Below, one piece after another: positions 37,454 through 50,865 of a DNA stretch of 64,000 bases. Location of the stretch: contig MU004243.1 in NCBI GenBank assembly GCA_010405405.1, positions 243,340-307,339 on the forward strand, given 5' to 3'. The number at the start of each line of letters is the position of its first letter. Position 1 is the first letter of the stretch. The stretch comes from Microthyrium microscopicum. Lineage: Eukaryota. Under the pieces are notes generated by a model. It saw nothing but the letters and a program-made list of their open reading frames with translations, ran no database searches and had not been told where the DNA came from. A program made the position numbers and the translations under genes.

Positions 37454-39290
37454 TTAGTGAGCCATATCAGATGCAACTCCCGTCTCTTCATCATCTCCTT
37501 TGTACGCGAACCTCGAAAAGCGCCTGATGCTCTCGCCCTTGAAGTAGAACACGTACGGAATCGCACAACAAGCCAGCGCAATGAAGCCCAACAAAGAGCT
37601 CGCCCACTGATATCCCAAGCGTGCATACATCTGCTCCGTGAACAGTACCGTCGCTGCTCCCCAAAAGCTGCGAATGCATGTCTTGGCTGCCAATGCTGAT
37701 GCTGCCTGGTGTTGGTAGCTATCGACCAAGTAGTTGTTGGCGCTATTGTAAAGAAAGATGAAGCCGAAGCCCACGGGGAAGCCGCCGCCAATAGCTGGAC
37801 CAGCCCACGAGAGAGCTGGGTAGGAAGACCAGGCGAAGATGAACAAGCCGACGGGGATGAACCAGCAGAAGATCATCATGGGGATCAGACGGGCTTCTGG
37901 TGGTGGTCTGCCATTGAACTTTTTCATGAGGGAAAGGTAGTGTTTGTTGACGAGGGGGGAGCAGATGGCGGAAGCAATGACGCCGACGGCAAGGGGAATG
38001 AACATTAGTCCAGTGGTGGATGCGCTGTAGCCTTTGCCTTCTTGGTATATGATTGGGAAGGCGATGAAGAACCTGTTTGGTCCTGTTAGTATTTGCTCCC
38101 AGCTAACGAGGTGAGTGAATATGACTTACATGTAGAGCAGGCTATACAAGACACTCATGTAGAGCGATATGAGCAGCACAATTGGCTCGAGGCAAAGCAG
38201 TTGGAATGGTCGGACGAGAAAGACCATGAGGCGCTGAGTGAATGGACGCTCATCCAGTTCAAGCTCAGTGACAAACGTCTCGTCGCCTGTAGTCTGTCTC
38301 AACTTCTTCGCCCGCCGAGCCAGAAGAGTTGGTGCATATGTCTCGGGAACAGTAAAGGTAATCAGGATCCAGCACACAGCAGATAAAATGAGTTGAATCC
38401 AGTACAACCACCGCCAACCGAGATTGTCAGAGATAAAGCCACCGACAAGTGGTCCAATGGCCGGCCCAATGAAGGGAGCAGCAGAGAACGCAGCCATAGG
38501 TATTCCACGCTCTTCATTCTTCCACAGGTCCGCCAATGTACCGCCAACCAAAGTCATCGGCGCGCTGAAGGCGATACCATCAATGGCGCGGGTGACAAGC
38601 AGTGTTGTGATATTCTTCGACACGGCGCCCGGAATAATAAAGATGACAGCAACCAGCAATGTAGTAGCATAAATGATTCTCCTGCCCAAAATCTCACTCA
38701 ACGGCGCGAACACCATTGGCCCTATTGAAGAATTAGCACTGCTATTTCCCCCATCAACCTCCGTCTCGTCTCAACGTACCAAGACCGAAACCCATCACAA
38801 ACACCGTAATACTCAACAACGCCACCTCCTCACTAACCCCAAACTCCTCCGCCGGCCCCCTAATATTCGCCGTGATAACCGCACTATTGAACGCAACGCT
38901 AAAACACGTAATGGCCACCATCATCGTACACCACCACTTATACGCCTTGCTCCAATTCTTCGGATTCTCAGGATCGTTGATTGTCCACGTCACCAACTGC
39001 CATGGCTCGATTTTGCCTGTCTTATGGGATCTGACTTGCTTAAGAATCTGGCCAGTCGCTGTCTCCTCTGTATACTCTTCAAGAGCTGCGTCGGCGGCAC
39101 CATTGGTGAGTGTGCGAAAGGGGAGGTTGACTAGGTCGGATTCGTCAACGTGTGCTTGGGAGCGGACGGAGCGGGTTGTGCGGTTTGTGGGGAGGCGGTT
39201 GAGGGCATTGGATTTGGTGTTGAGGATGCCGTTGTAGTGGGCGTCTTTTTCGTTGCTGGATGTTGAACTGCTATCGTCGAATTGATCCAT
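37454..39290 (-). CDS. MFS drug:H+ antiporter DHA1 family (TPO2/TPO3-like polyamine transporter); exons 39290-38780, 38721-38130, 38072-37454
   Basis: [39 protein letters not shown] and YLVDSY...AASALAA motifs, with two canonical introns. Confidence 0.92.
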
Positions 39291-41060
39291 TTTGGTTTGT
39301 AATTTGTATGATTATAGCTGAGAGGAAATAATAGGTACAGTGTGTGAATTGGAGGCACAATGTGCAAGTGTATTAGATGTTGGTAATGTCACTGAAGTTT
39401 TCTAGATGTGAATGATATCAAACTCCCTCAAAACACCTTCCATGCGACGATATTTATCCTTTTCTCCAATATCCCCACCATCAAATCTTCATCCCGAGTC
39501 TCTTCCTAAATATTGACACTACATCATCATTGTTGTGAAGACATCCAGACGACCGACCAATCAGAATCGCGAGCAATATCCTGACCTCCTGAATTTCGAG
39601 TGTCCGAGCCAAATCCGACAGAACCCCTTTCCAGCAATGCGGAAGAGATACCGCCTCCAACAACAACATTAGTGCGGAACATCATAAAGCTATCAGAAGT
39701 TCAGCCTCACTAACCCATATTCGGATTCTGTACTCGAGCGAGATGCATAAAATATGCCGCAATCCAAGCCATGCTGCTCAATTATAATGAGAAGCTGCGC
39801 AGCAACCACACCCATGACTGCGAATATGCAGCGTTTAGCGTGGAAAGGTATTTGAGCTTTGTGGTGAGTAAATCCCGACTGACCGATGGAGTACTCTCGG
39901 GTATCTTAATGTCTATTCAAATTTGTAGACTTCCTATGAGAATGCGATGTCTCGTTACTGATTTGCATTGATGACTGACCATTTGACTAGACTCTGCAGG
40001 CTGGTTGCTATCTCGTCACACCATGGAGCAATACGTTCTCTCCCACGGTACGGACATTTACCAAGAAAGAAGTGCGTAAACAGGCAAGAGAGTTCAGTGA
40101 TTATAGAACTGTCCAAGATACTCCAGAATATAACGTTCAACCAAGGTCATATAAAAAGTCCTATCGTTCCCATTCCCAGAGATATATCCATAATCCCCAA
40201 ACTCCAAGTTAGAGGGCATTAAATAGCAATCATCAACAGGAATATATGATGGACGGTCTGAAGAGTAAGCAAGTAATATTTCCTTATTTGACTTTCTTTG
40301 TTGCAGAAAGGAGAAGCAGAGACAAAAGTGAGAGAGTATTATGCACCGCACCCTGCGAACACTTTAAAAGCACCGTTTCTCCTCGAGTCCATGTACACTT
40401 TCGCCTGTCCAAACCCTTGAGCAGACAATCATCTTTTCATTTTCAACGCGTCTCATATCTCAGACCAGAGTAAATCAGAGTGATTTGAAAATGCCAACAA
40501 AACAATGAACGATGTGCAAGAACCAAGGGACACTAGACAGTTCTCCAACGCCGTAGAGAATATCCCAAATTCAGAGGTACCAGCAACGGGTCCGTTAAAA
40601 TAACAGGTATTGAAAGGGGTATAGGAGAGAAGATATCGAGTTTTGGTGAAACAAAAGGCCATTATTCAACGGGTACTAGTTTGGAAGAAAGTCTGCAGTA
40701 GATTGATCGCTTGCAAGCCAGCTGATTAGAGGCTCATGTTCGAATAGTCGTACCGCAAAGAAACTCGGGGTTTGTAGAGATATGTTCAAATCATGAAGCA
40801 GATTGCTTTTTGGTCCATATCTAGCCATCACTGAAAAAGCAGTTAAAAGGCCACCAATGAAATAAATGAAATGAACACCCGGAAACAGCTGGCCACCAGG
40901 CAAACCACAAAACGCCAAAGGAATGATCGATTCCAGAATATGCATCGTCAGGGGTGGGGGATTTCGCAAGATAGCAAGTTACACAGGCAGTGGGGCGACC
41001 TGTGGGCTATCAAGGGTAATTGAGATAGTCTTTGAAATCGGTGTCTGTAAGCTCTGTCTT

Positions 41061-43322
41061 CTAGACGTTGGTGCCAGCTTCTACCGGATTGTCGAATCCC
41101 ATATCATTAATTGAGAAGCTCGTGTCCTCAGTCTGTAGGAAAGACTCAAAATCAAAATCGCCAAGAACATCGGTGCTATCGATGCCGGCAAAGTCGAGGC
41201 TAAATCCACCATTCTATCAAAAAATTAGCAGCGTCCGGTAACGAAGTGGGTCATCCAATCTTACATCATCGGCCATCCCATTGTTGTTAAACATATTGTT
41301 GCCATTGTCAAGCGGTTGGACTTGAGCTGGAGGCTGTGTCGTTGCATTGCCAGCGGCAGGGTTGGCGCCACCTTTATTACTGAAGGATTCACGACCAGGC
41401 ATAGGCGTTATTGGTGTTGAAGGAGCCGATACTGCAGGTTCTGAGCTTTCAACGGGTGTGGCAGCAGCGGCAGCACCTTTCTTAGCAGCGGCCTTCTGTT
41501 CATTGGTTAGATTGGTCATGAGCTGGAATTGCTTTGTCTTGCTTACCTTCTTGCCAGTTTCCTTCTTTTTCGGGTTGCCTTTCGCAGTTTGAGATGGGGT
41601 TGGTGGAGCTGGCGGCTGCGCAGGCGACGATTCTTGAGTTCTTTGTTGTGGTGTGGGCTGATTCTCGGCTGGGGCTGGCGGTGGAGCCATAGTGCCAGGA
41701 CGAGGTTGAGGAGTACCGATAGATGCGGGTCCTGGTTGGTTACCTGGATTCTGCATGCCAACACCAGCGCCTCCAGGAGGCCAAGATACGCCGTTTGGTA
41801 ATCTACCATTTTGTTGAGCTTGACGCAGCATTTCCATTTGTTGTTGTGGATTTGTGCCTATTGGGAACGCCGGATGCGAACTTGGTGGCCGATTGTTCAT
41901 GTTAGGCATTTGCGCATAATACTGCTGAGGCATTTGGCCATTTGAAGCATCAAAACCAGGTGCTCCTGGTGAGTTCCGTTGTTGCGGCAGACCAGGCATT
42001 GGAGAGCCAGGTAAATCGCCTTGGCTCATCTTTGGTGTTCCTCGTTTCATTTGATCAGCAGGATTAGGTGATGGCCCACCTCCTCTGCTACCAGAAGGCG
42101 ACATGTTAGGAGCGAAAATTGTATTGCCTCCTGGACCACTGCCTGGACCGCCTGGACCACCTGGGCCGCCGGGACCGGGGCCCTGGTTGTGGGTGATGTG
42201 GTCTTGTTCGCGTCTAGCTTGCAATAATCGTTTCTTATTCTGTTGCTCCAACAGCATGAGCTGCATCTGGTAATCTTGGAGAGCGTGTCTACCATCTCCA
42301 CCGCCATTATTGGGCATGCCCCTCGCGTTTGCCATGTACTCCAGGTCAATGGACTGGCCCATTGGGCCGGTAGGCATACCATTCATCCCTTCTAGTTTCG
42401 GTTGACCGTTTGGGCCATTGGCAAAGGCATTGAGTTGAGCTTCACTCATTCCATTTTGTAACATGGGATTGCCCATCTGAGGGGTTCCCATAGGTCGGCC
42501 ACCTGCCATCATTGCCGAACCTTCAAAGCCGTTGCCATTATCGAGCCTAGGCTTTTTCGATGGTGAGGGAGCGTTGTCCATGGTCCCTCCGGGAGTGTTG
42601 GGACGTTGGCCTTGACCGGGCATACCCATACCGGATGGATTGCGCTGCATTTGAGCATTTCGAGCTTCCATTATTCTTTTGTAATCCTCACTATAATGGT
42701 CAGTGCTGTACAATAGACGAAGAGATCACGACTTACGGGTTTGTCTGGGATAAGTTTCGCATCTGTATCTGGTTCATCTGATTCATGTCTAGCTGTTGTC
42801 CTTTTACCTTGGCAAATTCGGCCTTGGCAGGGTTGTAAAGCATGGCTTTCGTCCTTTGTTGTTGCTTGGTTGAGCGTTAGCATGAGTTAGTTAGAGGAGT
42901 CATGCTATACTTACGACATAGTCATTTGTGATAGCGCGAAAAAGTGGTTGTCGACCTCCCGTACGTGCGGAATTGAATGTATCCCAAAACATACAAAACC
43001 ATTCATAGAGAAAAGAATTGTCACTGAAATTTACCCCAGTGTCGGCATCAGGGAGATCGGCCGGCCGCTTTACACCCTTGTCACCATCCATATTCATGCC
43101 GTTGACTTTCGGATCTTTGACCTTCAAGGTATTTTGGCTCTTAAATAGGCGTGCTGTGTCCCATTGCTTGTTTTTCATAAGGTGGTCGTAGATGTATGTG
43201 TTGAGCATTTGAGCATGTTGGTCCTCGGCCTGGGAACTTTGCTGCATTCCCATCTGCTGTTGTCCACCCATAGGAGGTATGCCAACAGGGCCACCGGCCA
43301 CCGGCATGGTCATTCCGTTCAT
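41061..43322 (-). CDS. SOM1: LisH-domain transcriptional regulator SOM1/FLO8-like (cAMP-PKA pathway), multi-exon
   Basis: LisH/LUFS block LNTYIYDHL...SFLYEWFCMFWD, conserved ALQDYQMQLMLLEQQNKKRLL, Q/P/G-rich body and terminal exon DVLGDFDFESFL...* (stop 41061-41063). Confidence 0.88.
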
Positions 43323-44797
43323 GACTTGAGAGGGTGTGATGCCAGAGTGAGGTGTTGATGAAGTTGGCGACAGTCAGGCGGATTGCCGGACGGGGCACAA
43401 GATTAGGGCAGCAAACTACCAGTAATCGGAGATTCTGGGTGGGGAGAGCGCGGATGCGTTGTGGAGGATAGGATGCGACCTGGCAATGGGAAAATATTCA
43501 GTCGCGAGCAAAAAGACGGGTCGCGAGGCGAAGTCGAAGAGGTGAGTCGAACGAGGATGATGATGCAAGTTGATGTAGGCCAGCGTGGTGGGTGCTATGT
43601 AGTGTCGAAGGTAAATGCGTGCAGGCAAGCCGCAGGCAAGTGCGAGGGTACTCAGCAAGAGCAGGTAGACGTATACTGAAACGAAGCGCAAAGAGAATGA
43701 GATAGCTAGCGAAACAGGAAGATATGGTAGTAATTGGAAGTTGCGTAAGGTTGGTAGTGGTGGTATATTGAAAGTAGTAAGTAGTACTAGCAGGACTAGT
43801 AATAGCAAAAGTTAGGGAGGCGATGGGCGTCGGCGCAGGCTCGGGCGCAGGGCTGGTTAACTACTAGCAGAAGAGACGGGATGGCGCGAGGGAACGGCGC
43901 ATCAGACAGGTAGCTAGCTGTACCGAGTGTGCAGGCACAGCAACGAAGGAGAAGAGAGTGATAGTAGGAGAAAATTGACAAGAGGCCACTTTGAGGTGTA
44001 GTGTTGGTGTGAAGGAGAAGAAGGTGGTTAGGAGATGGCGAGTTGCAGGCCGGGAGATTGTGGAGACTGGATGGGAGTGGACTGAACTTGAGAGGGAAGG
44101 AGTTTGAGAGATTAGGAGAGTTGAGAGCCTGGGAGGGAATCAAGAGAGGGCAGGTCCCAGGCACTCCCACTGCAAAATGCCAAGACTGAAGTAAGAGAAG
44201 GGCAGGAACTAGTCAACCTGTCCAATCAATCCAATCTATTCTGCCACCATCTCTCATTAAAGCTTAGCGTACCACATCATCCCTGGCATATCGAGCCCTA
44301 ACCCCGTTACATGCCTGAAATTTGTGCCTGAATGCCTACCGCAGCCACGCGCTTATCAGCCTGAATTACTACAATAGCCGCCATATATCTTTAGAATCTA
44401 CGGTCTATTCGTTTAGACAAGCATGGACTAGGGCCTCATAAAGTTTGCCTAGTAGTGGAGCATGATATCGTTGCTTAGTCAGAGAGGCCTACTTCATTGC
44501 TATCAGCTTGCATGTAATACAGTGATACTCTTAGAACCACTCTCTCAAAGACAAGCTCGCTCGATCGCGATATATACCTGACCTGACTCCTGATAGTGTT
44601 AGGCTTTGCCTCCGAGCGTACACTAAGCCTGAATGTTTGTCCAGACATGTCCTACAATGGGCTCTTGGTCATCAGGCCTCACAGCTGCCGGTAGGAACCT
44701 TTTTCATCATGAAAGCCGACTGCCACGACCTTAGACTTTAGAGCTTGGTCTACAAGTTCCAATTATCATCATTCATCAAACTGCCTCGCGTAACCAG

Positions 44798-45599
44798 CTA
44801 GTCGTCCTCCGGTGGCATCTCATCCTCCAGGTGCCGCACTAATGTTATGCGCATCTCTGTTGTGTCATTCCCTCGAAGCACATCACTGACGAAATGCGCT
44901 TCCACTTGTACGTGGACCTGCCCGAGTTAGTAAGAGCCTCTCTCCAAGTTTGACGACCATACCATTTCCAAGGCCCCACGCAACACCCCACAAAGTATAT
45001 TCGAGTACCAAAGCTCATCCTGCGCTCTTCCATCATCAGGCAACTCGACAAAATCCGCCAATGGGTTCTCCTCAAACACCAGAGAGAATTGTTTGCTGTC
45101 GCTCGTCCAGTTGGTCACTATAGGTGTAATGTTTAGAAAGACCTTGAACCCGACCTGTACCCTTGAGTCAACTCTAATGTCATCCAAGAAATTATGCTGT
45201 GTACCTTTGATATGACTTCAGCAGTTTCTCGGAAATTGCTGCATCCCATTGGCACTGTCGCCTTAGCCAGAAAGTCTTCTATCAGCCGTAATCCGATATT
45301 GTAGCCCATCTTGTCTAGCTGTCGATTGACTTCCACATAGTTGCCATCAAAGTCTTTGCAAAGTTGTGCGACTATTGTGCCGTATGTGAGTGTAACGAGT
45401 TCGGCGCTGACTTTGTCCACTTTTGTTCTGTGGTTTCGTCAGCGGGGTCGCTGAAGGTATAATCGATGGGCGAGGGCATGCTGGCGGGCAAGTTACGTAC
45501 TTCCATATCCTATAGACACAATTAGAATGGAAAAACGGTGAACTGGACAAGTAGTTGGGCTTACTCTTCACCAATCCGGGCTGTCTTTGCAGCGGACAT
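44798..45599 (-). CDS. BET3: TRAPP complex subunit Bet3; five exons including a 9-nt microexon
   Basis: ELVTLTYG, LDKMGYNIGLRLIEDFLA, ENPLADFVELP, LWYSNILCGVLRGALEM|V and ...MPPEDD*. Confidence 0.95.
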
Positions 45600-46750
45600 G
45601 GCTGCGGATATGAGGCGTGGCTTCGGTAGGTAATAAGGTGCTTTCTATAGCTTGAATGGTATATGGTGAAAGTCGAAACTGGTCTCTTCGTAAAATAACC
45701 AGGGTGATGAGATACAATCGTCGTGGGGGTCTGGGGGTGTTGAAGTATGTAGAAGGAAGCTTTGGTGACAGGAGCTAGGCGTCTTTAGTCAGGCCAACGC
45801 TTGGGTGCGGTGCTCGCGAGTCGCGCTTACGATTAGATCGATCTACAATGTAAAACACTAACTAGGACTAATTACCTCTAACTACCAGTGCCTTCTTTAC
45901 TACTTCATTGTTCTCATCCTCGTTTTATCGGTTTCCATCATACCCTGGGATATATGATGCGGTATTTGTCGAGTCGTATTGTCGAAATCAGTCCCATATC
46001 ACTGTGAACAGTGGGGAACTTGGACACTTTTGCCATACATCCAACTGCTCCGAGAGTGGTCTGATCAGGATGCGTTTGGAATCAAACAAGACATTGAGAC
46101 TTGGAATCGACCGCATATACGTCTTGGCCAGCAACTTTGCCAGCACATTAGGAGTAGGACCGTAGTTCGTTTCGGAAGATACGATATGCGAGCAAGGGTC
46201 ATCAATGGCCAACTTCAAGCAGACCAGAAAACTCCTTTGCTTTTGATTCATCGACTGTCGATGTGCCAAAAGTACTTTGCTGCAGGTGGTCATTGTTGGC
46301 CTCATACATGGCCTCGTACACGACTCTGATAACTACTCTTTTGAGATTATCACTGACAGGGAGGGGACTTCGTTTGCCTTTTCTTCGGATGCCTTGTTTC
46401 TCCAAACCACATCCGGTTCAACTAACATTGGTGCTGCATTATGGCTGAAGTAAAGGAAAGTTGTCCGCAAACCAAATCATTCGAAGGTCTAGAGCTCTTT
46501 TCCAGTCCTGCACCTTGCTGCGGGAAAGGTGTGCATGGCGGCTTACAACCACGTCTGGCATGAATTAGCTTGATAGTATTTCATACGGAGTTACGCCCGT
46601 CGTGGTGATCTTGAACCTTTTCGATTGCACCCGCTTATTCCCAAAAACACGTACGTTATACCCAACCTGACGAACTAGAATTTGACTGATTGAAACCCAA
46701 TCTAGATAGCATTGAGAATAGACTCTGTACCTCGAGTCTACCACCTGTGG

Positions 46751-48330
46751 ATGCCACAGGCTCACCCAAGCTTGCCGTTGCGGGGAATAGAGCTAGACTG
46801 CTACAAGTTCCACCCGCCAATTCAACAAATCGCCGACGACCGAGCTGTCTCTCCTCAAATCAGAAACTACTTTCCTCCAGACCAGGAATATCGTTATGAC
46901 CTGGAGGCCTGTCGTACGACCGGTAATGACGAAATCCTAGGCAGTCCCAACTCATCCTTGGAATACAACGATCGATCCAATGATACCAGTAACGCTCATT
47001 TTGGTCAACTAGCCTTGGACAGCTCGCCATACGCATGCATTTCTGATTTCTCTCAAAACAACCAAGCCAATTCTATTCCGCCAAATCACTTCTCGCTTTT
47101 TGATCATTCAGCACCTATTGTGCACTCGCAACCTCCTATTTCGCTTACTTGTCCTGGTTATTTCAATTTTCACGATGAATTTTATAAGCGACGGCCGTCT
47201 CATTCAGGCCGTCAATCGCGACATACTTCCTTTGTCAACAGCGCGCAATCAGGCGTAGGTTCGGCTGGTTACCCTTTTGAGCCTACCTTTAGCCCGCCAA
47301 ACGTTTGCCCTCATGTTCTGCTATCAAGTCCACCAGCGTGCGACGAACACAGCATCTCACAGGGTTGTTATGAACTAGCCTATGGCGATGATTTATTTGA
47401 TTTTTCAGCGTATATCAATTATGACAACTTCGACGAGCCTTTAGAAGAGCAGTGTTCAACGAAGGCCCAAGATGTCGATGCTAATGGTGATCTTGATATA
47501 GATGATGAGGTATGTCAAAAGTTAATCTTCATTGTCTCCAATATGTTCAATTGAGTTCTGATGGACTTAGCTATGCGTGGACGAACCTGAGACTAACAAA
47601 CGATCAGAACCCTGTTGACTACGACTCCATGGACTGCATGGATGACAGCTCGACTCTGATCTCATATGCTGGCACACCACAAGACTATATCTCCTGGGAA
47701 GATATCCAGCTTCAATCATCGCTTCCAGAGCAGTCGACGCCTGGGTCGGAATGCTCCAACTCGACGTGGAACGACTCCGCCACTTTGCCTTCATCGCCTA
47801 CACCTTTCGTGGACAACTATCCTAAGCCCAGGCGTTCGGTAGCTCGACCGACACTAATCCCAAGAGACCCAAAACCTGTCACTACTAGACAAGGACGTGG
47901 CAGAAATAATCCCAACTACATTTCCCCTCCACCTGCGAGTATAGATTTCGACGAAGAAGGCGAAATCAAGCACGGATGTCCGGATTGCTCTAAGAGCTTT
48001 GCCAAGCATCATCAATACAGCAAGCACTACAACACCCACTCCCGTCCATATAAATGCAAACATGTGGACTGTGATAGCCATACCAAGGGCTTTGCGGTGC
48101 GTCGAGATCGTGATCGGCATGAGAAAACTCGACATGGACCTGCTGGTTCTAACAACGAACTTCCAATGGATTGTTTCTGTCCTTACTCGGCTTGTCGACG
48201 ATCTAAAAAGGGCAACGGTGGCTTTTTCAGTCGACGAGATAACTTGTTACGACACCTGCAACGAGTTCATAAAGAGCCTTGCCAACAGCCACAAGGGAAA
48301 GCCCGCTCACCCAATAACTGCGGCCCGTAG
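46751..48330 (+). CDS. C2H2 zinc-finger transcription factor; exons 46751-47509, 47608-48330
   Basis: Three C-terminal fingers (CPDC..H..H; RPYKC....C...H...H; CPYSAC...FSRRDNLLRHLQRVH). A GTATGT...CAG intron joins the two ORFs in frame. The start is uncertain. Confidence 0.82.
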
Positions 48331-48591
48331 TTCGCGCTCTATTCTTCTGTCCCCTTTGTCTCTTCGCTCACTACCTCCTAACTTTCTTTTGTATCTGTGC
48401 GATCGTTCGAGACTATCTCCAACATTCATTCTTATCTTTACTTTGTAATGAAACACAGTCACTACAACACAATTGCCAAGCTTCAATGAACATCATCGTG
48501 TGAAATACTCTTCCAGCTTACATAAAAGCTACGAGTGATCTTCGTGATTACGCGCCTTACAATTCCCTACATTTATACAATGACTCCTCTC

Positions 48592-50018
48592 TCAAGAGTC
48601 TCGTCCTCCGCCAGTGAGCCAGCCCAAGAGCCCACCACTGGGACTACCACCAGCCTGAGGTCCAGTCGGACTAGTCATCTCCAATCCACCACTCTTTCCC
48701 TTTCCACCACGCTGACTCTCCTTTCCTCTCCAGCCCGGATCCAGCTCCCTATCCGGCCCACCCACAGTCTGCGCCGTAGGAGTCTCCGCATACGTCCCAT
48801 CACAGTACATCACCCAGCCTCCCAAATCCAGCTTCTTAACCGCAGTACTAAACATCGCACCAACCGTACTATTCGGCAAATACGGGAATCCAAAATTATT
48901 CTGCAAACAATAATAGCTCAGAATATCCGCACTGCTCAGATTTGCCCAGTTCTTGTACACGCTCTGAATGCTCGGTGCTCCACGGCTAAACAGGCTGGGG
49001 GAGTTGACGTTGACGTACTCGAAATGGAATACGGGCTTGCCTTTCGCGAGGAAAGGTACGTAGAGCATACATCCATCTTCGTCGGTGGAGTAGGTGGCGC
49101 ATTCTTCGTTGACGGCGAATTCGATAAAGTCGGTGACGTTGGCGAGGATGGACTCGGCGTTTTTCATACCGACTGCCATGCCGTAGTAGTGGGCTTCGGC
49201 GGAGAGGTTGCGAAGGTAGTCGACGGAGTCTGCTTCGGTTAGGGGTGGTGTGAAGCCGCCGCCGCGTTCAAAGTCGTCGTTGAAAGGATCTAGTATAGCG
49301 TTAGATGGTATGATTTCCCTTGGGAAGTTTGGAGTTTTACGTACCGACGTTATCGGGGTCAATGCCGTCGCAGCCCTTGTCGTAGGCCATTTTGATGCGA
49401 TCTTGCATCAATCTCCAGACTGTAGGACTGCGGAGGTTTAGATAGCGTTCGCCTTTCCATTTTGGCATGACATCGCCTAGGTCGGACTTGGGGATGGTGA
49501 GGAAGTCAGGACGCCATGATTCGGAGCCGCCAACCTGGGATTATGATCAGTTACTTGTTCATTCTTTTGTGACGAGAAACTGACTGAGAGGTAACATATC
49601 ACTCTCTTTCCATTTGCGTGTAGAACATCAATGGTTTGTTTTGTGGTATCAAAGAGATCCAAATCCCAGATATCAGCCTGCTCGGGAGTAACTCTTGAGA
49701 ATTGTGTCAATTGAGCTACCTACGAGTTTGTTAGCCAGAGTTACGAAAGACAATTCTGCCAGATCAGCCCTAGAGATGTAATTATTGTGAACATACCCGT
49801 CGATCAAGAATAACCTGAACCTTCTGCCCAATCTGCGGTTTCCAAACCGGCCCACCAATCCTCGGACCAGAAACAGGTGCTGCCGGTCGAATCTGGCGAG
49901 TCATCAACTGTCGCGGCTTATACGCCTGAGCATCATATATATTTTCCTCCAAATCCACATTAGATGCCGAAACACCTACAGCCGCCAAACAGGCCTGCAA
50001 AAACAAAAGACTCCGCAT
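48592..50018 (-). CDS. Secreted GH114 endo-alpha-1,4-polygalactosaminidase (Ega3-like), multi-exon
   Basis: Signal-peptide-like MRSLLFLQACLAAVGVSA. Motifs DIWDLDLFD, RVICYLS|VGGSESWRPD, KGCDGIDPDNV|D, GMKNA, FAVNEEC and KPVFHFEY. Confidence 0.9.
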
Positions 50019-50865
50019 CTTCAAAAGTCTTGGAAAACGAGAGTATATGGGTCAACAACACAAAAAGGAGCGTAGTGTAGTTTAACAGGCACACGACCGC
50101 ATTTATGAAACAATTATAGCATCTGTGAACCGAGCAGAAAAAATATACCTTATAGTGTCCATTACGTCAAATCTGCTATAGATCTCAATATCGATCTCAA
50201 TCTAGGGTAAACCGAGATCCCCCTTTCAAAATGTCCGCTAGGAGCGGTCCGCCCATGTAAGTTTTTCTTTCTCGAAGCAAAGTTTTGTAGTCCATCACCA
50301 GACTCGGGTGACCGATCCGCTGTTTACCTGAGCTTCTCCAGGATAACTTTAATAGGCGATTGGATAGAATACAGCGTATGCACTGACGATCAATATAAGC
50401 ATATATCGATCTTGACGCATCGATCGAGGGGCTAACTGTGATTGATGGCAGTCTCCACACTATAGCAAAATAGGTCAAAAGTTTGATATATATAGCGCCG
50501 TGGGATAGGAGCGGCGATGTAGTTTGCCGACGAATTTGGGGTCGAGCAATATGACTGCAACGGGGTAAATTAATATACAAGAGGTTGTTTAAGGCAAAGA
50601 TCGACGCGTAAGCTTTCCTTGGCTGTAGTTTGATGCGAGAAGATCCCCTTGTACCTTGGACAGAGCACTTTGGAATAATGGCAAGGCTGAAAATTTCTGC
50701 GTAGTGTTGTTCCTGGATCTGGAGATCGTTAGAGTGTGATTCCCCGAGACGCACAAATGGTGAAGCATTTGTTGGAAATGTAAAACCAACGATCAGAATA
50801 TCTGATGCTAGTATGTATGTCGTTTAGCCATTTTATACAGATGCAATAGTATGTACAACAATTAC

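Noticed and set aside
43330..44170. Hydrophobic/low-complexity ORFs upstream of SOM1
   Set aside because: These are purine/pyrimidine-skewed leader and promoter sequence with non-ATG starts and no conserved motifs. The 59800-60630 stretch looks the same.
45908..46450. Short overlapping ORFs between BET3 and the C2H2 gene
   Set aside because: I could build no recognisable motif or convincing splice model. The short ORFs at 53000-53760 and 58468-58659 were rejected for the same reason.
48535..49242. 235-aa plus-strand ORF
   Set aside because: It lies antisense to the GH114 last exon, has no motifs, and is best explained as a codon-bias shadow.
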